A DNA stretch of 64,000 nucleotides from assembly GCF_009914755.1 (NCBI RefSeq), contig NC_060929.1. The stretch is one strand, 5' to 3'. Shown piece after piece: positions 26,121-39,323 of this stretch; the first letter of the stretch is position 1, and each line of letters begins with the position of its first letter. A program made the position numbers and the translations under genes. This stretch comes from the human T2T-CHM13v2.0 reference genome, Homo sapiens. The notes beneath the pieces are model-generated. The model was given only the letters and a program-made list of their open reading frames with translations, did not search any database and was not told the DNA's origin.

Positions 26121-26418
<298 letters not shown>

Positions 26419-28959
26419 TCATATGTTTGTTTTACATCAGAAAATTGCCACAAATCAACTTTAAAAAAGGAAACTTAGAGTATCTTCTTAACCTAAAATA
26501 AAATTAAATAGTATCATTAGTTTTGAAATGATTTGTAATTAGCTTTTCTTTCTAATAATAATAAATGAAACTTACCAAGTACAAGGTTTGTCATTTTTTA
26601 AAAGCTTCCTTCATTAAATAAATTAATATTGTCAATAATAGGAAATAAAACAAATGTCCAAATCAGCTAAAAATAAATCTATTTAAAAGAGAAAATGTCA
26701 CAAAAAGATAAAATGATCAAGATCTAATTTTTAGATTGTGATGGATATTGGAGGACTAATTGCTTATATGTTGAATACCCTGTCCAGGCAAAATTAAAAT
26801 GAACTGAAATTAGCATACTTGAAAATTGCTTATGTCATACATTCAGCCATTCAAATTTCAGACATTATGTCTTCAGCAATTCTCCTGCTAAATCCATTGC
26901 CCTCACATTCTTTGTACATATTCCATTTCCAGTCTTTTGCCTGAATGGCTTGCTGAAAACTATTTTTAGCCTTGGACTATTGGCAGCCACCTAACTAATT
27001 CCAAGACTATATAACAAAGAGAAATGAGGAGAGACAGAGGACGTAGCATGCCTGCTTCAAGCCCAGACCATTTCATTGGGCCTCATGTCATGATTTTTAA
27101 ATAATTTTATTGTTTTATTATTTTTTACAGCATGAGGCAATATCTGAGGGTGACACTTTAATTTTTGGGGATTAGCTTCTTTAAGAAATGTTAAGTCATC
27201 ACAAAGTTTAATGAATCAAATTATTGTAGTTAGTCTTACTCTAACAAACAACAGCTTATAGAATGATGTATTATGTTTCAAAATGTATTCTCTCCTTTAT
27301 TTCACATTTAAAATTTTCCAGACTAAGAATGTAACTGGTTGGTTATGGAAATTACAGTCAGTCTTCTCCATGGGGCATCCGAATACCTAAAATCTTAATT
27401 CTAGCACTAGAACTATCCAACATGGATTACAAATAAAACCATGTGCATGGCACAAGCAGCTGCATGTTTAAAATGAATTCTAATTTATAAGATTGGAAAT
27501 TTTTCTGTGTCTCATTGACTTATAACTACTTTGATTTGAAAAGTAACCACAACTCGGAGAAGAGGAAAATAGCAGATATAGATATATTAGCAGTTAAATA
27601 TACTACTAGATAGAGACTTTACTATAATTTATTATAAAATCTCAGACTCAAGATTTTATAATATATCTCACTGAGATTTTGAGTTCAAAACTTATAGCAT
27701 GCCTTTTAGCAACACACAGCACTTTACTACCTACTGAAAAAGTTTGAGTTTAAATAAAGACTTAGGAATATAGAAACATTAGATATTTCTATGGACAATA
27801 TAAATTTATATTTAATTATTTAAAATCATACAGATTTTTATTTTCAATTTTTATTTTACATATTTATCTTGCAAAACCAAGAGATTCGTGATTTAAGATT
27901 TCCTATAAAGAAATCTAACAGAAGCTATTATCCTCAGCTTTACTGCTTTTGTGACACTAGGGAAAATGTAGCTGTTTCTTGCCTTGAAATAAAGCTGCTA
28001 CTTAACCCTGGATTTACTTGAAGAATTGAGAAAGCAAGTAGGAAATTAAAGAAACCAACAAAAAATATTAAATCTAGAAAATATTTTGTACTTTAATGAC
28101 ATTAGTACTAATAGGACTTCTTCAGGCACTGTTTCCAAATTTGTTTGAATCTTTTTTATGATACCTCATTTCCTGAAAGCACAGCCCACTTTGGAGTAGT
28201 GTTCTTAACTGGTCTTATTCTATTTATGCTGTTACTTCACAACAGTGTTAGTCTGGTAGCTGCATATTTTCTTAGAACTATTATTGCAGGCTTTATGGAT
28301 TTTAAGGACTATGCTGCTTTAAAGACAATAATTGTATAAGTTCCAAACATGTTGGGTAGCACCAGCATTCAAAAATTTCTCAGGCGTGTGAAGTTCATTT
28401 TTTAACGAAGAATAAACCCAGGCACAGCCAAGTGTAAGATATTGGAAATAACCATTTCCAAAGTACATCAGAGAAATTTAAAAGGTCACAGAACTCCTTA
28501 TAACATTAATATTTGACATTTGAATTATTTTCCAGTTTAGCAAGCTGGATAAAGAGCTTCATCTTCAGATGAACTGAAACAACTAAAAATACAAAAACTT
28601 TGTCTTCAGTTCAGTCAAGATAAGTTACTGAGAATGCAACTATGTGCAAGGCCAAAGAAGGTTTATAGCACTAAAAGAGGAACTGTTGACAATCATTTTA
28701 AATATTTGAACAAAATCATGGTCCTATTCTTCAGAAAGAAACCCAAAGTTTTAAAACCCAAAGTTTTAAACAGTTATTTTAAAGGAGTGCCTGCAGGCAA
28801 TGTTCAATAGAAGTTAGCATCACCATCATTGTCATCTTCATTATCAGTCATCATGGTGTATGGTTGGTAGCTCAATACAAGCAAAACACACATTCCTTTC
28901 TTCAACGTCACTGCCCATATCACTCTCCAGAGTTCTCCTCTCTCTCAAGGAAAATGAGA

Positions 28960-29135
28960 TTTGCCATCAGAAAGCCTTCTTAGGTTATAACTATGACTCT
29001 GCTACTTATTGCAACAAAAACTGGGCATATTTCTTAACTTTGGTGAATATATAACTGTTCTATAAAATGAGGCCAAAAACTTGTACATCACAGGTTAAGA
29101 TAACAATGTAGTCTCTAACACAGAGTAGGTGCTTC
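28960..29135 (+). mobile_element. MIR remnant
   Basis: GACTCTGCTACTTA, CTGGGCATATTTCTTAAC, CTATAAAATGAGG. Confidence 0.5.
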
Positions 29136-29430
29136 CTTTATATGCATTAGTGTTTTCTCTGAAACATGTATTAAATTGAAACACTTTTCAATGCATCCAC
29201 TCTAGTAGAGAATTCTACTAGTACTAGTAGTACTATAAAATCCATTCTCCACTTTGTCCTTAGTAACAGAACTTCTGAATGTTAACTGGGCAAATTTCTT
29301 CCCTAGATATACTCAATTTCTCAGATATCCTTCCAGCTGAGTGTGGCCATGTTAGTTCTGATGAATATAAAAATAGAAATACAATGTTCAACTTCCTAAG
29401 AGTATGCTAGATTAGTACTTGACCTACTCC

Positions 29431-30370
29431 TGTGGCAGGCCAGGTCTCACTAATGCAGGCCTGCATAACAAGAGCTTAAGCACCAACTGAGGGGGTTAAG
29501 TTACGTGTTAAAAGCTGAAAGAGCCAGTGCCCTGATACAAAGGCTGGAATGTAAAAAAACCTACCAAGAGTTTTGCCTACACCTTTCCTGGGCCTTAAAC
29601 CAAGACAAAACAACAAAGAAATTCTTAACAGGAACATTTAGGATTAAACAAGTGTTACTGGGGGTCTGAAGAACTCTGTAAACCTACGTGAATTAGCAGG
29701 AGACAAGATAAGGGTAATCACCCCAGAACCTGGACCCATTTAGTTAAGTGAATTTACTGAGGCTTCAGAGGAAGGTCTGCAAGACTCAGACCTTAGTTAT
29801 AGATTCAAAGAAGTTAATCATTTATGTCTTTAGATGAATGCACGCTTAAATGTAGACATATAGCTTAGAAGGTTTATAAGCTCTGGAAAACTTGTAATTT
29901 TGAGTTCATCTGGTGATAATTTCCAGGCCTTCTCCCTGTAACCGGTTACAGAAATTTAAAAAAAAAAAAAAGTTCTTGGCTGGGTACAGTGGCTCACGCC
30001 TGTAAGCCCAGCAGTTTGGGAGGCTGAGGCAGGTGGATCATGAGGTCAGGAGATCGAGACCATCCTGGCTAACATGGTGAAACCCCGTCTCTACAAAAAA
30101 TACAAAAAATTAGCCAGGCACGGTGGCGGGTGCCAGTAGCCCCAGCTACTCTGGAGGCTGAGGCAGGAGAATGGCCTGAACCTGGGAGGCGGAGCTTGCA
30201 GTGAGCTGGAGCTTGCAGTGAGCCGAGATCGCACCACTGCACTCTAGCCTGGGCAATACAGTGAAACTCTGTCTCAAAAAAAAAAAAATTCTCTTCCTCC
30301 CCAGTTTATCTGCATCTTGTTATTGGGCCACAAGAAATAGCAGCCCGGCCCTCAGTTTGGTCCAGGAACA
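29431..30370 (+). mobile_element. ERV1-class solo LTR (subfamily unassigned) containing an AluY
   Basis: TGTGGCAGGCCAGGTCTCACTAA...GGTCCAGGAACA with 4-bp TSD CTCC at 29427-29430 and 30371-30374. Confidence 0.85.
29978..30288 (+). mobile_element. AluY with internal 17-bp tandem duplication
   Basis: AluY diagnostics; GGAGCTTGCAGTGAGC(T/C) twice at 30191-30224. Confidence 0.95.
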
Positions 30371-30910
30371 CTCCTTCTCTTTCCTCATTCATATGGACAT
30401 AATAGGTGGAGGAACAGCAGCCATTTTGGATCAAACCCTAGAAATGGATTGGTTAGAAAGCTGAGAAAACCTGTGTATTTTTAGTGACACATGGCTCAAA
30501 CTTAGGTGTGTTGTCTGACCCCCACATCTGAGACTGTTAAGTTATTTGGATAAAATCTTATGCATTTAAGCCACTCTTGATTTCAGTTTTCTTTCCCAAG
30601 TAGCAAAATTAAATCCTAACTAAAATCTGTCCCAAATTATCTTTGGGAATACAAGCAGAATCAAGATGTTATTCATATATTCTTCTAGTTTAAATATTTT
30701 TTGATAGCACTTTTGCTAGGGTCACTTTTTACATAAAGGTCTCAGAAATACTGAAATTATATTTATGGTATACATACAAACAAATTCTATAAGAGCCAGA
30801 TAAATAGGCATGAAGTTAAAAACAACGGCATTTAAAAACAGGAATCCACTACCTTTCACTGAGCTTTAAGTTCTGTACTTTCCAAAGGGGGCACTGAAAA
30901 AAGTGATTAG

Positions 30911-31440
30911 TGTCTGACCATTTGTTCTGTTTACTGCTGCTGTTTGACACCACACCAACACAACTTAGTGGCTTAAATCAAGACTTAAGCCTTTTTTACA
31001 CTCCAGAATTTTGTGGATTAAGAATTTGGACAGGGTACAAGTGGACCTGCTACACTGTGCTCTATGGTGTCTGGGGGCCTCAGCTGAGAAGAGCTGAAAG
31101 GTGGGGTGACTCAAGAGTTAGGGGGTAGAATTATCTGAAGGTTTTATCCTTACAAGTCTGTAGCCAGCATGTAAAGAGTTGAAGCCTAGCATTTTCGGCT
31201 ATACTCTTACAGTCTTCTCTGTGTGATTTGGCTTCCTCACAGCATGGTGGCCTTAAGGTACCCAAGCATCTTAGAGAGTGGTACAAGGCTCCAAGTGCAA
31301 GTGTTTCAAGAAACAAGATAGAAGCTGCATCACCTTTCATAACTCATTCCTCACTGCTACTGTACTCTACTTGTCAAAGCAGTTCTAGGGGAAGAAATGT
31401 CAGAAAATTGAGAGGGCAGGAATATTTTCAAATAGCCACA
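30911..31440 (-). mobile_element. MLT1 (G/H/I-like) LTR
   Basis: AACTTAGTGGCTTAAA, GGCTTCCTCACAGCATGGTGGCCT, GAAGCTGCATCACCTTT. Confidence 0.7.
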
Positions 31441-31614
31441 TTTTTGTGTATTGAAGGAAACATAAGCACATGAAAATTTTGTCATGACCAGTGTGCTGGT
31501 TCCAGTGACACTATAAGAGACGGAATGAGGAATTAACACAACTTATATCAGGCAAATTCCTGAATGCTGACATGGCCCTTTCAGACTAATGGTATAAAAA
31601 GCAGGGAACCCAGA

Positions 31615-31979
31615 TGTATTAGTCTGTTTTCACACTGCTGTAAAGAACTACCGGAGACTGGGTAATTTACAAACAAAAGAGGTTTAATTGACACAGTCGT
31701 TCATGGCTGGAGAAGCCTCAGGAAACTTACAATCATGGCAGAAGGTGAAAGGAAGCAAGGCATATCTTACATGATGGCGGGAGAGGGAGAGAGAAATTGA
31801 AGTGGAGAAGTGTCACACTCTAAAAGCATCAGCTCTTGTGAGAGCTAACTGTCATGAGAACGGCATGGGGAAAACTGCCCCCCATGATCCAATCACCTCT
31901 TACCAATTTCCTCCCCTGTCATGTGGGGATTACAATTTGAGATGAGATTTAGGTGAGGGCACAGAGCCAAACCATTTCA
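31615..31979 (-). mobile_element. THE1C/D-like solo LTR
   Basis: TGTATTAGTCTGTTTTCACACTGC...GCCAAACCATTTCA; TSD CCAGA at 31610-31614 and 31980-31984. Confidence 0.93.
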
Positions 31980-33513
31980 CCAGAGGGCTGAGTAACTCTA
32001 ATCTGGCAGGATGATTATCCTACACAGGTTGCAATGGCCCCTGAAATTTGGACGCACTTTGTGAGAGACCAGTGTCTAGATAACTAGGAACTAGGTAAAT
32101 GTTGGAGAGCTGCTTCCCTTCATTTCTGTCATTGTCTGTTTCATTTCCTTTGCATTGTTTGTTGATCTGTATTAAACAAAAATGAAAGCAAACCTTGTAT
32201 CTGAGTCTCCATTTTTACCAATCCTCACATTTATGGTTCAGTGTCTTAGTCTAGTTTCGAATAACAAGAACCTTTTGTACTTGGAAGTATAAAACTTGAT
32301 AGCAGCAACATTATTGATATTTAGAGCTCAGTACCTGTCTAATTACAGGCAGGCAGAAAGAAGTGTCAAGGTATTCTTGCTTATCAGGTCACAGGTAATT
32401 TCTTCCTCTAAGAATTCATAAACTGATAGACTAATATTGGAGAAAGAAATGCAATTTAATTGCTGAAAGTCTGTTTCAGTTTACTGGTCTTGTAATAGAG
32501 GTAAAATTCTAAACAACTTGGGGAGCTTTGGTGAGAATTAAAATAGGTGGGTGTGAATAGCTCCTGGCACAGAGCAGGCACTAACAACTGCTGGCTTCAT
32601 TCATTGCAGATAATGAACCAGTAACACAAGTCTGAATTGACACCTCCCTCACACTACTAATTTACTTTATTTTCTTCCTGCCCCACATCAGAGTATGAAC
32701 ATTATATATATATTTTTTTTCTTGTGGGAATTATTTGTAATGGTGGTAGTGGAACTAGGGGATTAAGACATCTAGATTCTGATGTGCCAGTTCCATTTTT
32801 CCGTACTGATAATCTAGCATTATGCTGTTATGCAGAGAGGCATTTTTCAATTTAAGTACACCTAGAAAAGGTGCATGGAAAAAAAGCTACATGAAAGCAT
32901 CAAAAGTCAAAATTATAGCAGAGTCACAGAATGAACATTTTAAAGCCTTGTCTCAACCCCAGATATATGCATAGATTTTTCCAACAGATCATTATAATGC
33001 CATTTGACCTTTTTACATCTTCAGTACAATATGTTTTTTAGCTACATTGATGAAAATAGGGGAGCAACTCTCCTTGATGTTAGAGATCTTGGCAAATGTG
33101 AAGTATTTAACAATGAATAGACCATGTTATAAATGCGAATTCACCTGCTAAACTCAGTGAAAGGACAGTAACACTGTGGCACCAGTAGGACTGATGAATG
33201 GCCAAGAGTTAGGTGTGTTAAAATAAATAACATATAGTATGTTTGTTTATTCCTTTTAACAACCCTCTGAGGTATGTGTTTGTCTCTACTTTCTCCAATG
33301 AGAAAGCTAATAAAAGTGATCTTCAAATGCCTTTCTTTCAGTAATTTTGAGAATATGAGTTGAGGTTTTTAATTCTGCCATCTGTAAAGTCATTCAGTTG
33401 TTGGGTCCCAGTAGTCACAAGCAACTGAGACATAGAAAGACCCCCTGCCCAACTCAGATGGTGCCCAATGAAATACTTTAATAAGTGAATTTTAAAATAT
33501 GGCTGTTGAGTGA

Positions 33514-34255
33514 TGACATAGTTTGAATATTTGTCCCCTCCAAATCTCATGTTGAAATTTGATCCCCAATGTTGGAGGGGAGGTGTGGCCTAACAAGAGG
33601 AGTTTAGGTCAGGAAGGTAAATATCTCATGAATAGATTAATGCCCTCCCTGGCTTGTTGGGGAGGTGGGGTAGCAAAGTGAGTTTTCTCTCTATTTCATC
33701 CCTGGAAAGAAGGTTGTTAAAAAGAGCCTGGCGCCTTCTTCTCTCTTGTTTCCTCTCTTGAAATGTGATCTCTGCTTACATGTTGGTTTCCTTTCTCCTC
33801 CTGCCATGGGTGGAAGCAGCCTGAGGCTTTCACCAGATGCTCAGTCTTCTAGCTAACAGAACCATGAGCCAAATTAATCTTTTTTCTTTTTCTTTTTTTT
33901 TTGAGACTGAGTCTCACTCTGTCGCCAGGCTAGAGTGCAGTGGCACGATCTTGGCTTACTGCAACCTCCACCTCCTGGGTTCAAGCAATTCTGCCTCAGC
34001 CTCCTAAGTAGCTAGGACTACAGGCATGCACCACCAAGCCCAGCTAATATTTGTATTTTTTAGTACAGATGGCATTTCATCATGTTGGCCAGGATGGTCT
34101 TGATCTCTTGACTTCGCGATCTGCCCACCTTGGCCTCCCAAAGTGCTAGGATTACAGGCTTGAGCCACCGTGCCCAGCCCAAAAGAACTTTTTTTTCTTT
34201 ATAAATTACCTACTCTCTGGTATTCCTTTACAGAAATGCAATAAAGACTAAGAGA
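33514..34255 (+). mobile_element. MSTB-like LTR, interrupted by Alu
   Basis: TGACATAGTTTGAATATTTGTCCCCTCCAAATCTCATGTTGAAAT...GACTAAGA. Confidence 0.85.
33879..34179 (-). mobile_element. AluSc
   Basis: Antisense Alu with GATCTCTTGAC diagnostic. Confidence 0.93.
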
Positions 34256-34294
34256 AATGATATGCACAAGTGATATAAAACAGTTTTTTTCACA

Positions 34295-35630
34295 TTCTTT
34301 TTTATTTTAATTGAAATTTTAATAATAATAGATTACATGCAGTTTTAAGAAATAATACTGAGAGGTACTCTTTACCCAGTTTCCCCAAATGTTACTATCA
34401 TGCAAAACTATAATGCCATACTGCAAACTGGTTATTGATGATACAATTCAGCTATCTTATTTAGATTTTTTCAATTGTGCTTGTAGTCACATGTGTGTAT
34501 ATGTATTTAATTACATACATTTTTATCATGTGTAGGTTTGTGCATCTTCAATCACAGTCAAGATACAGAATACAGCACTTTGGGAGGCTGAGGTGGGTGG
34601 ATCATCTGAGGTTAGGAGTTCGAGATCAGCCTGACCAAGATGGTGAAACCTCGTCTGTAGTAAAAATACAAAAATTAGCTGGATGTGGTTGCGGGTGCCT
34701 GTAATCCCAGCTACTCAGGAGGCTGAGGCAGGAAAATTGCTTGAACCTGGGAGGTGGAGGTTGCAGTGAGCTGAGATCACACAATGGAACTCTAGCCTGA
34801 GTGACAGAGCGAGACTCTGTCTCAATTAAAAAAAATAAAATGAAAGAAAGAGAGACAGAAAGAATAATTTCCTCATAACAAAGATTCCTGATGGTGCCAA
34901 TTTATAACCACATTCACCTACCTCCCACCCTCCTGCATCCTTAATCCTGACAGCCACTAATCTTGCTTCCATTTCTATAATCGTGCTATTTCAAAAATGT
35001 TATATAAATGGAATCATAGAGTATGTAACCCTTTGGGGTTGGCTTTTCTCATTCAACATAATAATTTGGCAATGTACACAGGTTGTTGTGTGTACCAATA
35101 GTTCGTTCCATTTTATTACTGAGTAGTATTCATGGAATGGATGTTCCATAGTTTATTTAACCATTCACCCATTGAGTGACATCTGAGTTCGTACTGGTTT
35201 TTGACTATCACAAATAATGCCACTATAAATACTCATATACGGGTTTCTCTATGGACATAAGTTTTCATTTCTCTGAGATAAATGCTCAGAAGTGCAATTG
35301 TTGGAAAGTTTGGTAGCTGCACATTGATGTTTTTAGGAAAATGCCAAATTTACTTACTGAACAGTTGTACTGTTTTGCACATCCACTCTCAAGGTATGAG
35401 TAATCTAGTTTTTCTTTATCAGTGACAGCATTTGGTATTATCACTGTTGTTTGACCCTTTGGGTAAGTATATTGTGATATTTCATTGTCATTTCAGTTTT
35501 TATTTTTCTGATGAATGATAATGTTGAATAGCTTTTCATGTGCTCAGTTACCATCTATATATTCTCTTTGATAAAATGTTTGTTCATGTCTTTTGCCCAA
35601 CTTAATTGTTTACTATTGAGTTTTAAGAGA
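34295..35630 (-). mobile_element. L1MC-like 3' end, interrupted by Alu
   Basis: CATGCAGTTTTAAGAAATAATAC, TTTACCCAGTTTCCCC, ATAAATGGAATCATA, TTTAACCATTCACCCATTG. Confidence 0.82.
34573..34850 (+). mobile_element. 5'-truncated AluS
   Basis: Starts at CAGCACTTTGGGAGG; A-rich tail. Confidence 0.93.
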
Positions 35631-35951
35631 TACCTACTCTCATATATGTATATATATATATTTAATGTTAAGTGAAAGCAGTCAGTCACAGAAGACTATA
35701 TACTGTAGGATTCTATTTATCTGAGATGTGAAGAATAAGCAAATGAAAACACTACTTTAAAATTATGGTCTTGAAACAAAGTGTGTTAAAGCCGAATGGA
35801 CAGCCCAATATACTACATGATACAACCAGAATGCACCTTCAAAGTAAAGCAACAAATTTACATTAACAAAGCAGGATGTGGTCTCTCTTAGTCATGAAAA
35901 AGAAAAGACAGAGATTTTTTCCTTTTGTGAATAAATTGATAGCATGAACTC

Positions 35952-36434
35952 TGTATTAGCCTTCTATTGCTGCTGAAACAAATAACCACAAACTTGATGG
36001 CTTAAGACAATACAGTTTTTAAATTTCACAGTTCTGGAGGTCACACATGCAAAATAGGTCTCACTGGGATAAAATCAAGGTGTCTGCAGGGCTGCATTCC
36101 TTCTGGATGCACTAAGAGAAAATCCATTGCCTTAGTTTCTTTGCCTTGTGCAGATTTTATGGGCTGCCTGAATTCCTTGGCCTGTCGTCCATTTCCACCT
36201 TCAAAACCAGCAATGGCTTTTCTCACATCATATGACTCTGATACTGACTCTTCTGCCTCCGTTATTCACGTTTTAGGACCCTTGTGATTACAACATTGGG
36301 CCCAGGTGATTATACATCAAGATATCTCTGTCTTAAAGTAAGCTGATGAGCAACCATAAATTCATCTGCTTCCTTAATTTCCCTTTAGTATGTAATTAAC
36401 ATATTCGAAGGTTCCAGGTATTCTGCCTATCACA
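35952..36434 (-). mobile_element. MLT1D LTR
   Basis: TGTATTAG..CTATTGCTGC; AAAATCAAGGTGTCTGCAGGGCTGCATTCCTTCTGGA; ends ATTCTGCCTATCACA. Confidence 0.85.
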
Positions 36435-36505
36435 ACCCTATTCAGAATAGAGCTGAGAGCAGTGGAGTTTAGAACTTCGTTCAGGGCTTATTAAAAAGCA
36501 GCCAA

Positions 36506-36882
<377 letters not shown>

Positions 36883-36899
36883 TCACATTCAAAGAATCC

Positions 36900-37722
36900 C
36901 GAGTCTTCCACAGAGAAAAGATATTCTTCCTCCTTTTCCTCTCCTCCTGACAAGCCAAATGGGGACAAGCTCTAGAGGAATCAGTAGAAGAGATTAGGGA
37001 AACATGAAAGAAGGTGACATTGGCAACTCATTTCCTGGATGAGCTTCTTTTCACACAACAGACTTGATGTTCTGCCCTCTGGGCAGACCTAACAGGGGAC
37101 GTGTTAGAATTAGAGGAAGATGATGAAGTAGACAGATAAAAGGTAGTCAGACACTGGAATATCCACTATGTATTGAGGATGAAAGTCAAGTTGACATAGC
37201 AGAAATTAGAACGTTTTATCACCTGACTTCCCCTCCTCCAGCATGTGTGCCCCAAGAGAGCACTACTGGTATTCCTGCCACTCAGAGGCATAAAGAGTTC
37301 AGACTAGCTAGAGAAGCCATGAAAGGCAGGAGAAAACTATCATAAAACTGATTAAGTAAAATGTCTCTGCCCACTTTGCTCTAAACACTAATCCTAGTCT
37401 TCAAAACCCTGGGGCAAATGGACCCAGTAGAGGAAGAGAAGGGGGATATGGAAGAGCTGACCATGCCCGGTCACAACCTTGGGGAAAGGGGAGGATCTGA
37501 GCAATGATGTGGATAAGAGCTTGAGGTTTTAAACTGGGGTAGAGTGCACTGAAATTTGAAACCTAAAACTGGTCAGAGAATCATGGAATTTACCCAAGAA
37601 ATCTTTAAAGAACAGTGAAGAGAGGTTTAACTGCAGATGTTTGAAGGTAATGATGAGAGAAAAATAAAATTATTTCTTGTTTATACCCTTCCAGTTTAAA
37701 AGTGATCCATACACTTGTTACA
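36900..37722 (+). mobile_element. Ancient LTR (LTR78-like)
   Basis: 3' end AATAAAATTATTTCTTGTTTATACCC...CTTGTTACA and TTTGAAACCTAAAACTGGTCAGA resemble recalled LTR78; 5' boundary uncertain. Confidence 0.45.
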
Positions 37723-38029
37723 GATACAATAACATAATTTTCTTTAATTCTCCTTATCAAAAAAAAAATACACAAGCGTTACCTTAACATATTACATTAT
37801 AATGATATAATGATAAACACAGTGGTGTCCTGGCTTTCCTGATTAAATATGGAAAGACTTTTTTCTTAAAAGATCAATTTGAGACTACCTTGAGATACTT
37901 ATAAGCTTGTCTAGAAGTTATCACATTTTCGGATGGGGTTGGTATAGAGAGCACAATTTTTGCATTTGAGAAGATGACATTTTTCAACTTTGCTTGGTAA
38001 AATGTGCATGGGCCCTCATGCTTCTAATT

Positions 38030-38170
38030 TACTTAATCCTATGGAGTAGTTATAATCCCCATTTTACACCTGAGGAAATTAAGGCAGAAAGAGGTTATGT
38101 AACCTGTCCTGTCCAATGTCACAGAGATATGAAGTGTTGGAATCCAGATTTTACATAGGAATTTTCTTTA
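38030..38170 (-). mobile_element. MIR
   Basis: ATCCCCATTTTACACCTGAGGAAATTAAGGCAGAAAGAGGTTA core. Confidence 0.75.
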
Positions 38171-38904
38171 GAGCTGGCACTATATACAACTAGGCTCATA
38201 GCCTAGCAAAGCAATGTAGTTATTCCTAAGGATTTGCTGAATTGAAATGATTACTACAGTTTATCTGTAGTCATCATCATCACCATCTTTGATACCCAAA
38301 CTAGCTCTCAGTATTTTACAAAATATGGCAAGATAAATTATTCTTCTCCAGGAGTAGTAGTTAGTGAATCATACTGTTAAATCACCTGATTTTCCAGATG
38401 TCAATTGTTAAATTGCCTAATACATTCTGTCAGTGGTATTTTGTTTCCCTTGAAGAAGTAAACAAACAAAACTTTTATCTCAGCAATTATAGGCTAAGGC
38501 TTCTTTCCAAGCAAAGCTTTTGCATGGGTGATGTTAAAATATTTTTAAGCATTTAAAAGGCAAATTGCTTTATACATGACAATTATATTGTGTTAGAAAA
38601 ACTTAACTAGAGAATAAGGTCCTTGCCCTCTCACTTTGATGTCTGTGGTAACATTGAAGTCAATTATTTGTGTTAACCAGCATTTAAAAATTAAGGTTCA
38701 TATTTTAGCAGAAATTCAGCTTGCAACATAATAAAAAATGAGATTGTTAATTTTTATTTGTGGTTTAATATTTACTCAGTGCAAAATATCTATAAGGAGG
38801 TAAATTGCACAGGAAAAAAATTATTTGAGGAAAAAGAAATTACACACACACACACATACATATTTGTAAATAATATATTTTCCAGTTAGAAATTAGTTCA
38901 TGCT

Positions 38905-39203
38905 GGCTGGGCACAGTGGCTCACACTTGTAATCCCAGCACTTTGGGAAGCCGAGGCAGGTGGATCACGAGGTCAGGAGTTCAAGACCAGTCTGGCCAAG
39001 ATGGTGAAACCCCATCTCTACTAAAAATACAAAAATTAGCTGGGCATGGTGGTGGGTGCCTGTAATCCCAGCTACTCGGGAGGCTGAGGCAGAGAATTGC
39101 TTGAACCCAGGAGGTGGAGGCTGCAGTGAACTGAGATTGCACCACTTCACTCTAGCCTGGGTGACAGAGCGAGACTTCATCTCAGAAAAAAAAAGAAAAA
39201 AAA
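38905..39203 (+). mobile_element. AluSg-like
   Basis: GGCCAAGATGGTG and GCAGAGAATTGC variants largely shared with the Alu at 5126; TSD AAA(T/C)TAGTTCATGCT. Confidence 0.95.
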
Positions 39204-39323
39204 TAAACTAGTTCATGCTTATATCGGAAAATTCAGAAAACATGCAGAGAAATAAAGCCAATCATCTCATCCATAATTTTACTACCTAATAATAATTACT
39301 ATTTTAAATCTGATGTATATCTG

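Larger units (their letters stand above)
29240..30625 (+). mobile_element. MLT1J/K-like LTR split by a younger LTR
   Basis: TAGTAACAGAAC, GTGTGGCCATGT on the left; CAGCAGCCATTTTG, TTAAGCCACT, AATCCTAACT on the right. Confidence 0.6.

Noticed and set aside
31985-32100. Possible exon next to the THE1 LTR ending at TAG|GTAAAT
   Set aside because: Weak donor, and the LTR points the other way; no support from sequence alone.
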